DNA of 11,014 nt from Chlamydiota bacterium (lineage in GTDB: Bacteria; Auribacterota; Tritonobacteria; UBA1439): assembly GCA_037133055.1 (NCBI GenBank), contig JBAXOY010000099.1:1-11014 (forward strand), given 5' to 3'. A program made the translations under genes and the position numbers. Each line of letters starts with the position of its first letter. Position 1 is the stretch's first letter. The notes beneath the pieces are model-generated. The model saw only the letters and a program-made list of their open reading frames with translations. It did no database searches and was not told where the DNA came from. Shown one piece after another: positions 1-6,393 of the stretch.

Positions 1-16
1 CATGTGCTGTTTCTTT

Positions 17-178
17 ATCTGCGTTCATCTGCGAAATCTGCGTCCTGAATGCCTCGTTGCTTTGAACTTTAAACTTTAGGCTGTTGTCCCATCCGCGTGC
101 ATCCGCGGCGATCCGCGTCCAAAAGTATTTTGTCGTATTTTATATCCTGTCTATCCTGACGATCTGCGTTCATCTGCG
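17..178. repeat. Mosaic of short tandem repeats: ATCTGCG x5, ATCCGCG x3, ATCCTG x2, AACTTT x2
   Basis: ATCTGCG at 17, 27, 36, 162, 172; ATCCGCG at 91, 101, 111; ATCCTG at 144, 153; TTTGAACTTTAAACTTT at 61-77. Units within clusters are spaced 9-10 nt (7 nt for AACTTT). Confidence 0.9.
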
Positions 179-346
179 TGCTACCGTTAAAGCCGGATCA
201 GTATGGGAGTTGTACCCCCCGAAACTGTCCCCTTACGGCCCGGACGGGAGTGGAGGATACGCATTGTCACTCCGCATGCCGGGGTGCGAGGGATTTTGAA
301 AGCTCCGCCCGTTTCCTGTTGTGGGCCGCGCCGCCCCTTGTTAGCA

Positions 347-360
347 TACCCCGCGGGGTA
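347..360. promoter_or_regulatory. Perfect 14-bp palindrome TACCCCGCGGGGTA, candidate operator
   Basis: Self-complementary and ends 9 nt before the likely ATG at 370. Function is inferred. Confidence 0.35.
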
Positions 361-369
361 CAGGGTACG

Positions 370-1911
370 ATGCTCATGAAAAGGGAACATGTCGCGCTGC
401 TCCTCATCACGGCCCTTGCGGCGGGGCTGCGCCTCTGCGACCTGACCTACCAGGGCCTCTGGGGAGACGAGGCGTTCTCGGTGTACGACGCGCGGGGGGT
501 GGACATGCACTTCATGACCGCCTCCCTGGTGGACGCGACGCACCGGAAATTCGTCAATCCCCGCCCCGCCCCTCGAGCCATTCTCACGGCGTGCCTGAGG
601 AACGAGGGAACGCCACCCGCGTTCTTCGCGGTTCTGGCGCTCTGGATACGGGCGTTCGGGGGGGGCGAGTTCGCCTGCCGGGCCCTCTCCGCCGTGATGG
701 GCGTCATGGCCGTGCCGGTCATCTACCTCCTGGGTCACCGTCTTTTCCGGCGCGCAGACGCGGCGCTCCTCGCGGCGCTGTTCATGGCGGTGTCGCCCGC
801 CGCGATCTTTTTTTCCCAGGAGGTCCGGGCCTACAGCATGGCGAACCTCCTCGCGCTCGCCTCCTCGTGGCTCTTTTTGCGTGCGCTCGACGGGGGGCGC
901 CGCGCCGGCCCGTGGCTCTCGTACGCCGCCGCGGCACTCGTACTCTGCTACACCTTCTACTTCGCCGCCCTCGTGCTCGCCGCGCACGCCGCGTACCTGT
1001 TCGCGGCCGACCGCCGGGGACTCCGCCCGTGGCTCCTTGCGCTGGCCCCCGTCGGCGTCCTCTACCTGCCCTGGCTCGTCTTCGGCTTCAGGGCCCAGAT
1101 GGCCGTCTCAAGCGGCTACACGCGGCCGGGCCCGGTGCTCCCCGGCGAGTTTCTGTCCGTCACCGCGGGCGCGCTCCGGTATATTCTCGACTCGCTCGTC
1201 CTCGGCCCCATGTACAGCCGCGTCCTCATCACCGATGCGGTGAAGCGGGGCGTAGAAGTGGGACTGGGCGCGCTCCTCGCGGCGGGGGCGGTCCGGCTCC
1301 GGCGGGCGGGTGAACGCAGGGCCGTGATCTTCTCGCTCCTCCTCATCGCCGTGCCGCTCGCGGCGATCCTCGCGCTCGGCGGTTCGAAGTGGACGCTCTG
1401 GTACATGAAGCCCCGGTACCACCTGTGGGAGGCGGCGGGCATACTCCTCCTCGCGGCCGGGGCCGTCACGACGCTCAGGCGCCCCGCGGCGCGCGGCGTT
1501 TTCGCGGGGGCGTTCTGCGCCCTCTCGCTCGCGGCCGCCCCCTACCACTTTTATCCGGGGGCACTCAATTCCGATCACGCCAAGGAGGATTTTCGCGGCG
1601 CGGCGGCGGTCATTTCGGCGGGAGAGGAGAGGGGCGACCTGATCCTGGTCAATATCGCGGGGCACATGATCCCGCTCAACTACTACTACCGCGGGGGACT
1701 CCGCCAGGTGGGGATCGCGGAGTGCGGGCGCTACGATCTCCGCGCGCAGCTCGGACGCACTACGGCGAAGAGGAGAAGGGTCTGGGCGCTCATCGGCGAG
1801 GGCACGCGCGGACACGGCGACCGCGAAATCACGGCCTTCCTCGACCGGGAGTTCCCCGTAAAAAAGGTGTATCCGCTCAGGGGAATCAGCCTCGCGCTCT
1901 ACGCGCGGTGA
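370..1911 (+). CDS. GT-C fold integral membrane glycosyltransferase, GT39/PMT_2 (ArnT-like) family
   Basis: N-terminal TM helix, then RL..L...GLWGDEAFS (acidic DE motif), EGTPPAFF, CRALSA, SQEVRAYS, KPRY and KEDFR. Many hydrophobic helices and a soluble C-terminal domain. Start moved from 178 to ATG 370 (or 376) because family-like sequence and GC-rich codon usage begin there. Confidence 0.88.
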   Translation: MLMKREHVALLLITALAAGLRLCDLTYQGLWGDEAFSVYDARGVDMHFMTASLVDATHRKFVNPRPAPRAILTACLRNEGTPPAFFAVLALWIRAFGGGEFACRALSAVMGVMAVPVIYLLGHRLFRRADAALLAALFMAVSPAAIFFSQEVRAYSMANLLALASSWLFLRALDGGRRAGPWLSYAAAALVLCYTFYFAALVLAAHAAYLFAADRRGLRPWLLALAPVGVLYLPWLVFGFRAQMAVSSGYTRPGPVLPGEFLSVTAGALRYILDSLVLGPMYSRVLITDAVKRGVEVGLGALLAAGAVRLRRAGERRAVIFSLLLIAVPLAAILALGGSKWTLWYMKPRYHLWEAAGILLLAAGAVTTLRRPAARGVFAGAFCALSLAAAPYHFYPGALNSDHAKEDFRGAAAVISAGEERGDLILVNIAGHMIPLNYYYRGGLRQVGIAECGRYDLRAQLGRTTAKRRRVWALIGEGTRGHGDREITAFLDREFPVKKVYPLRGISLALYAR

Positions 1912-1963
1912 GGAAAAACAAAATGGAAGGGCTCCCGCCCCCCCGCCGCCTCGCGTCCGACCT

Positions 1964-2209
1964 CTATGCGCCCGCCTTCTTCTCGAGATCGTCGATGACC
2001 GTCTGGAGCCTTTTCAGCTCGGCGTAAATTTTGTCGCCTCGGCGGCCCCAGACCGCCCGTATGGTCGGCTCGATGTCGATATCGGCCTTGAAATAGTCCT
2101 GCGCCAGGCGCTGGAGGCCGTGGGCGCTCCCGATGCTCAGGGTCTGATAGTTCTCGACGGCTCCCCGCATCAGTTTGAGCACATCTTTCTGTACGTCGGT
2201 CAGCGGCAT
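1964..2209 (-). CDS. Small hypothetical protein, 81 aa, predicted helical
   Basis: ATG preceded by GGAG 7 nt upstream, GC-rich third codon positions, natural amino-acid composition, and a dedicated sigma70 promoter upstream. Confidence 0.8.
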   Translation of the reverse strand: MPLTDVQKDVLKLMRGAVENYQTLSIGSAHGLQRLAQDYFKADIDIEPTIRAVWGRRGDKIYAELKRLQTVIDDLEKKAGA

Positions 2210-2266
2210 GGAATTCTCCGGTTAAATGCGCCGGGACCCGCGACCGGGAGCCCCGGCAACCGGCTA

Positions 2267-2295
2267 ATGATACCCCACACCCGCCCCCGCGTCAA
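2267..2295 (-). promoter_or_regulatory. Sigma70-type promoter TTGACG-N17-TATCAT for the 81-aa gene
   Basis: Reverse complement of 2290-2295 is TTGACG and of 2267-2272 is TATCAT. Spacer is exactly 17 nt and both boxes match consensus 5/6. Confidence 0.75.
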
Positions 2296-2359
2296 CAGGC
2301 ACGCCCCCACGCCTGCCGGGGTATCACAAGTTTTGGAACCTTTGCTGTTTTACCACGTG

Positions 2360-2464
2360 GCCTGCCGGCAGGCGGGCTCCGTGCCGTCAGTGGTGGAACA
2401 TTCATTACTGCTGAAGGATGCTTCTCCCCCTCCAGGGGGAATGGGGCTTCGCTCCGCACCCCAT
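2360..2464. repeat. Cluster of REP-like intergenic palindromes
   Basis: GCCTGCCGGCAGGC perfect palindrome at 2360-2373; TCCCCCT-CC-AGGGGGA at 2425-2440; ATGGGG-N12-CCCCAT at 2441-2464. Confidence 0.6.
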
Positions 2465-2490
2465 GGCGGACGCTACGCCCCCCGGATTGA

Positions 2491-2506
2491 TGGAACATAT
2501 CTTGCT
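2491..2506 (+). promoter_or_regulatory. Candidate sigma54 -24/-12 promoter TGGAAC-ATATC-TTGCT
   Basis: GG(2492-93)-N10-GC(2504-05); one mismatch to TGGCAC-N5-TTGCW; intergenic, ~260 nt upstream of the protease. Confidence 0.5.
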
Positions 2507-2600
2507 AGCCCGGTTGATGTTATGGATACGGAGCGTCTTCCGATCGGTCAGAACCCCGTTTGATGCCCGCCGGGATCACTTTTCTAACGCCCGTTTTGAC

Positions 2601-2656
2601 CCCCTAAAAATCCCCCCGGGCGGGGGATTGTTTTATTCGAGGGGTTTACGGATACT
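2601..2656 (+). promoter_or_regulatory. Duplicated upstream motif copy 1: CCCCTAAAA-ATCCCCC-N5-GGGGGATTG, with possible TTGTTT-N17-GATACT promoter
   Basis: Inverted repeat AATCCCCC(2609-2616)/GGGGGATT(2622-2629). The motif and a downstream TTTACGGATA are shared with 3963-4018. Confidence 0.5.
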
Positions 2657-2763
2657 ACTCCCGGGGCTCGTCCGCATGGATGGCGGATTGTGACCCGTCG
2701 CGCGCGCCGGACGGCCGCATGCGCGGCGCGGGACGAAGGCATGTGGGAACGGAGCACCGGTCC

Positions 2764-3501
2764 ATGCAACAGACGCTCCATTACGATTTCGTCGGCGGCC
2801 ACATACTCGTCGAGCATGGACTGCACAGGCTGCTGCTCGACACGGGCGCGCCGTCCAGCATAGGCACTCTCCCGACCGTGGCATTGGCTGACAGGCGCCA
2901 TCCCCTCGGGAGCGAGTACGGCGGCGTGACCGCGAAATCCATGTGCGCGCAGATCGGCGTGGAGACACACGCAATACTTGGGGGAGATATCCTGAACAAC
3001 TACGATATCGTCATCGACCCGGAAATATGCGACATCACCTTCTCGGATGCACACTTCGACATCGAGGGCGAAGTGCTGGAACTGGGCCTGCGCGGGGAGA
3101 TCCCGTTTGTCACCGCCTCCGTACAGGGGACCCGTGTGAAGATGTCCTTCGACACGGGAGCCCCCCTCTCCTACCTCTCCCGCGACATGAACAGGCAGCA
3201 TGCGCCGCTGCGGATAGAGGAGGACTTTCACCCGAGGGCCGGAACATCCAGGGTGGCGACGTATCAGGTTCCGATCACGCTCGGGCAGGACACCCTTGAG
3301 TATCGTGTCGGCACGATGCCCTCCTCGCTGCAACGGGCGCTGAGGGCGGTCGATATCGAGGGGATTCTGGGAACGGCGCTGCTGAGATACTTCATCGTCT
3401 GCTTCTCCCCCAGGAGACGGAAGCTCATCCTGAAGAAGCGGTCCGCGCGGAACGGCGCCCTCTCAGCTCACGGGGCGGTGGATAAGGCGGCGCACGGGTG
3501 A
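2764..3501 (+). CDS. Retropepsin-like aspartyl protease with two tandem lobes (Asp_protease_2 / clan AA type)
   Basis: Two catalytic motifs, LLLDTGAPSS and MSFDTGAPLS, each followed by a hydrophobic-hydrophobic-Gly motif (AILGGDIL, GILGTALL). GGAG at 2751-2754 supports ATG 2764 over 2680. No signal peptide seen. Confidence 0.88.
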   Translation: MQQTLHYDFVGGHILVEHGLHRLLLDTGAPSSIGTLPTVALADRRHPLGSEYGGVTAKSMCAQIGVETHAILGGDILNNYDIVIDPEICDITFSDAHFDIEGEVLELGLRGEIPFVTASVQGTRVKMSFDTGAPLSYLSRDMNRQHAPLRIEEDFHPRAGTSRVATYQVPITLGQDTLEYRVGTMPSSLQRALRAVDIEGILGTALLRYFIVCFSPRRRKLILKKRSARNGALSAHGAVDKAAHG

Positions 3502-3569
3502 GGCCGGGGTGTCACGGGCTGCGCCGGCACGCCCCCAAGGTCCGTTTCCGAATGCACGGCGGCAGCGCC

Positions 3570-3685
3570 TGCCGGCGCATCGCCTCGGGAGACTCCCCCG
3601 CCACCTCACCCGCGAGCTCCCGGTACTTCGCGGCGGGCATCTCCACGTGGAGATCGATCCGGTCCGGCGGCGGCCCCGATACCAT
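3570..3685 (-). pseudogene. comM: Degenerate internal fragment of ComM/YifB (Mg-chelatase-like AAA+ ATPase)
   Basis: Minus-strand translation from 3685 is MVSGPPPDRIDLHVEMPAAKYRELAGEVAGESPEAMRRQ, matching the recalled ComM block ISGPLLDRIDxHVEVPxxxxxxLxxxxxGESSxxIRxRV. An in-frame stop lies just upstream and similarity is lost after ~3570 (frame stops at 3512). Confidence 0.8.
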
Positions 3686-3962
3686 CGAACATGCGATGGG
3701 AAATCAGGAAGAAATTTTTCCCTCTTCCCCTGAAAATGAGGCGCCCGGCGCAATTCCTCGGGATGGAGATAGCTTCCTTTTAGTCCCAAGAATAAACTGG
3801 CATTCTACCCCTCAAAGGGTTAGACATCACGGAAACATTGGGATATCTATTGCGGCAACTATGATCCCTATCATTATGCGCTGATGTTTGTTATAGTACT
3901 CCACTCCCAGATTTTCATCAAAGAATCGTTTCGCGATGATTTTGTCAGGCGCATTTTACCCC

Positions 3963-4018
3963 CCCCTAAAATATCCCCCCTCGGGGGATTGCATTTTACG
4001 GATAATGTGTAGCATAAT
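3963..4018 (+). promoter_or_regulatory. Duplicated upstream motif copy 2: CCCCTAAAAT-ATCCCCC-N3-GGGGGATTG, with possible TTGCAT-N18-CATAAT promoter
   Basis: Inverted repeat ATCCCCC(3973-3979)/GGGGGAT(3983-3989); TTGCAT at 3989-3994; CATAAT at 4013-4018. Confidence 0.5.
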
Positions 4019-4133
4019 AGCGAAATTGGACTGGGGCCGAAAATTCAGGGATACGTTGCTTTCTTATCACGGTGAGTCAGAAGACCACGGGCTTGCACGT
4101 GGGGCCCCATCTTCCGGAATGGAGGGAACATCT

Positions 4134-5792
4134 GTGAGGTGTAATTTCCCCTTTCGCGCGCTGATGGTTTTTCTTCTCATCTACGGCCCCCTCTTCCTCT
4201 GCACCATCACTATGACGGCAATTGCGAGTTCGACGGTCGAGGCGGAGACGGATTCTGCTGAACAGGATACCTACCATTTTTACCACGGCGATATCCACAG
4301 CCACACGGGCTACTCAGACGGGTATGCCGGTTCGACACCCGCAGATGCCTATGCGCACGCCCGTGATGCTGCGGGTCTGGACTTCTACGCGGTCACCGAT
4401 CACCTGCTTATTAACTGGGACCCACCCCACCCGGCTTGGGATCTCGATGCTGGTGAGTATAAGCAGATGAAAGTCTATGCAGACAAGGCCACCAAGGACG
4501 GTCGCTTTGTCGCCCTCTATGGATATGAGTGGACAACGTATCAAGGTATTCACGGGACTATGTACATGGTGCCCGATTTCATTTCAGCGCCTGATCCGGC
4601 ATCAGTCTATCAGGAGCTTTTCGATCGGCGGCGTGAGGATCGGCGCGTCTTCGGCAAGTTCAACCATCCCACATGGGCAGGAGATGTTTCCGACTGGAAT
4701 GACTGGGCTTTCTCCACCGAGGGCGCGTGGTGCATGAGATTGATGGAGGTGCGGGGAGGTTTGCCCCCGGCGCTCTCGAGATCAAGTCTCACAGATGAGG
4801 TCCGTGAATATGTGGAGGCGCTCGAAAATGGGTGGCTCATCGGCGTAGATGCGTCAAAAGATACTCACACCAACGCGTGGGGCGAGATCAACACGTCGAG
4901 TTCATGGTGGAAGGGCAACACAGTCGCCTTGGCCGCGAGCCTGACCAGGGACGATATCCTCGACGCTCTCCAGATGAGAAGGACATATGTTTCACAGGAC
5001 ACTGACTTTCGGACCAACCCGCTCAAGGTCGATTTCAGGGCATCAAAGGACGGAGGGGCGACATATCCCTACATCGTCGGCGAGGCCGTCAACGCTCAAG
5101 GGATCTCCCAAGTCACTCTCCGCCTGATGGCGGAGGACGGGGCGACTGATTACCTGAGCGAGGCAAGGATCTATAAGAACGGGAGTTCGGTGGCCAGGCA
5201 GACAGGTCTTCACAATCTCTCGGCAACGCTCACGTACACGGATTCGAGCCCGTCGCACGGCGACTTCTATTTCGCCGTCGTCATCGAGGAAGATGGCCAG
5301 GTGGCGCTCACGAGCCCCATCTTCATCCGCAACGGCGATGTCGACTCGGATGGTCTCACCGATGAAGAGGAGATCAACCGGGAAGATACGGACCCGTACG
5401 TCTGGGACACGGACGGCGACGGGCTTGGCGACGGGGATGAAGTGAACACCTACGGCACGGATCCGCTCAGGGAGGATACCGATGGCGACGGGCTTGGCGA
5501 CGGGGAGGAAATGAACACCTACGGTACGGATCCGCTCAGGGAGGATACGGATGACGACGGACTTGGCGACGGGGATGAAGTGAACACCTGCGGTACGGAT
5601 CCGCTCAGGGAGGATACCGATGGCGACGGCTGGAGCGACTATATCGAGATCCGTTCAGGGAGCAATCCTCTGAGCCGGGACAGCACGCCGGCGAAAATTT
5701 TTATCAAATTCCAGCCGGTATCTGCCCGCCTCCCTGCCGGGGACTGCTCCGGGGACGGGAACCACAACCACCGCGGTTACGAGTGGCGGTGA
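4134..5792 (+). CDS. Probably secreted PHP-domain metallohydrolase (CehA/McbA / DUF3604-like) with a beta-rich domain and Ca-binding TSP3-like repeats
   Basis: PHP metal-ligand motifs [22 protein letters not shown]...H, NHP, MEV and KDTH, plus '[13 protein letters not shown]' and 'ALTSPIF'. GGAGG at 4121-4125 lies 8 nt before in-frame GTG 4134, which begins a basic-then-hydrophobic signal-like N-terminus. Confidence 0.85.
   Translation: MRCNFPFRALMVFLLIYGPLFLCTITMTAIASSTVEAETDSAEQDTYHFYHGDIHSHTGYSDGYAGSTPADAYAHARDAAGLDFYAVTDHLLINWDPPHPAWDLDAGEYKQMKVYADKATKDGRFVALYGYEWTTYQGIHGTMYMVPDFISAPDPASVYQELFDRRREDRRVFGKFNHPTWAGDVSDWNDWAFSTEGAWCMRLMEVRGGLPPALSRSSLTDEVREYVEALENGWLIGVDASKDTHTNAWGEINTSSSWWKGNTVALAASLTRDDILDALQMRRTYVSQDTDFRTNPLKVDFRASKDGGATYPYIVGEAVNAQGISQVTLRLMAEDGATDYLSEARIYKNGSSVARQTGLHNLSATLTYTDSSPSHGDFYFAVVIEEDGQVALTSPIFIRNGDVDSDGLTDEEEINREDTDPYVWDTDGDGLGDGDEVNTYGTDPLREDTDGDGLGDGEEMNTYGTDPLREDTDDDGLGDGDEVNTCGTDPLREDTDGDGWSDYIEIRSGSNPLSRDSTPAKIFIKFQPVSARLPAGDCSGDGNHNHRGYEWR
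5337..5681 (+). repeat. Coding 69-nt tandem repeat x5 ([23 protein letters not shown]), bacterial thrombospondin type 3-like
   Basis: Units start at 5337, 5406, 5475, 5544 and 5613. The middle three are near-identical in DNA; the outer two are diverged. Confidence 0.92.
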
Positions 5793-5804
5793 GGGGTGCG
5801 GCGT

Positions 5805-5858
5805 CCGGGGGTAAAAACATCTGATTTTGATGGTTTTTACATCCGGCATTTCCCTTTT
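5805..5858 (+). terminator. Hairpin after the hydrolase stop, possible intrinsic terminator
   Basis: CCGG-GG-GTAAAAAC-ATC...GAT-G-GTTTTTAC-AT-CCGG (5805-5846) followed by CATTTCCCTTTT. The U-tract is imperfect. Confidence 0.5.
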
Positions 5859-5905
5859 GGCAAAGGGTGCTACCCTACCCGTGCCCCTTTTTGAAAAATA
5901 GGTCC

Positions 5906-5947
5906 ATCCCCCCTGTCCCTCCTTTCAAGAAGGGGGGTAGGGGGGAT
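5906..5947. repeat. Long C-rich/G-rich REP-like hairpin
   Basis: ATCCCCCCTGTCCCTCCTT-TCAAG-AAGGGGGGTAGGGGGGAT. A smaller CCCTTT-TGGC-AAAGGG lies at 5852-5867. Confidence 0.7.
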
Positions 5948-5982
5948 TTTATCCTGCCAGAACATGACAAAAAATAGGGAGT

Positions 5983-6010
5983 TTGACTTCTTGAATGAAA
6001 GTGGTATAGT
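5983..6010 (+). promoter_or_regulatory. Sigma70-type promoter TTGACT-N16-TATAGT with extended -10 (TG-G-TATAGT)
   Basis: TTGACT at 5983-5988, TG at 6002-6003, TATAGT at 6005-6010, with an A-rich tract upstream. Confidence 0.7.
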
Positions 6011-6393
6011 GTCCTTTAGCAGAAGGCATAGCTTGACTGGAAAGTGTTGGATATGTCCCAAAGTGTCCCAATAATCTCTCAGTTGCGGAATGGGACCGCC
6101 CTCTATTTGTATAGGGGGGGCCGTCACGCCATTCCATCGGGACTCTGTGGCCCTATGGGGCAAGGCCCCCCTACGTAACTGATGCGGGGATACGTGTCCC
6201 AAAGTGTTGCACTTGCTACTGGCCAATGGGGAGTGATTCGATGTGGGCCAGTGTGGGCAAAATACGGAACTCCTCCTGTGAGTGGTTCTGCTTTTGCGAT
6301 AGATCGATCAGGCATTCTTCCGAGTTGCATCTTTTGCTCTGTCATTGACAGGATACGCTCTTACCCGGGCGATGCGGGGCGGAATGGTGTGCC

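Noticed and set aside
1..3. CAT at the window edge as the start of a divergent minus-strand gene
   Set aside because: Only one codon is visible and there is no clear RBS, so it cannot be supported from this window.
239..283. Possible hairpin CCCGG..GGAGTG...CACTCC..CCGGG upstream of the glycosyltransferase
   Set aside because: Short interrupted stems are expected by chance at this GC content and match no RNA family I recognise.
178..369. N-terminal extensions in the ORF track (starts 178, 2680, 3936, 8955)
   Set aside because: The extensions cross promoter-like or repeat DNA and lack family similarity. Downstream starts at 370, 2764, 4134 and 8994 fit domain boundaries, and 2764 and 4134 have clear RBSs.
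187..2027. Long alternative-frame and antisense ORFs over the glycosyltransferase (187-987, 591-1313, 1108-1815, 1389-2027 and others)
   Set aside because: Arg/Gly/Pro-rich shadow frames expected in high-GC coding DNA, with no recognisable motifs.
2120..2693. ORFs 2120-2563, 2292-2498 and 2418-2693
   Set aside because: They run through promoters and palindromes, with atypical composition and no motifs.
3463..3884. ORFs 3463-3789, 3498-3884 and 3509-3733
   Set aside because: Off-frame or antisense readings of the comM relic; the ComM-like frame is a different, shorter minus-strand frame (3685-3512).
5337..5681. Regular 69-nt periodicity resembling a CRISPR array
   Set aside because: Whole units repeat with no unique spacers, and they are in frame within a CDS encoding DxDxDG Ca-binding repeats.
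6240..6300. c-di-GMP-I (GEMM) riboswitch suggested by GGGCAAAA upstream of a diguanylate cyclase operon
   Set aside because: The following GNRA-capped stem and GACGCAAAG-type element are absent. An Rfam scan would be definitive.
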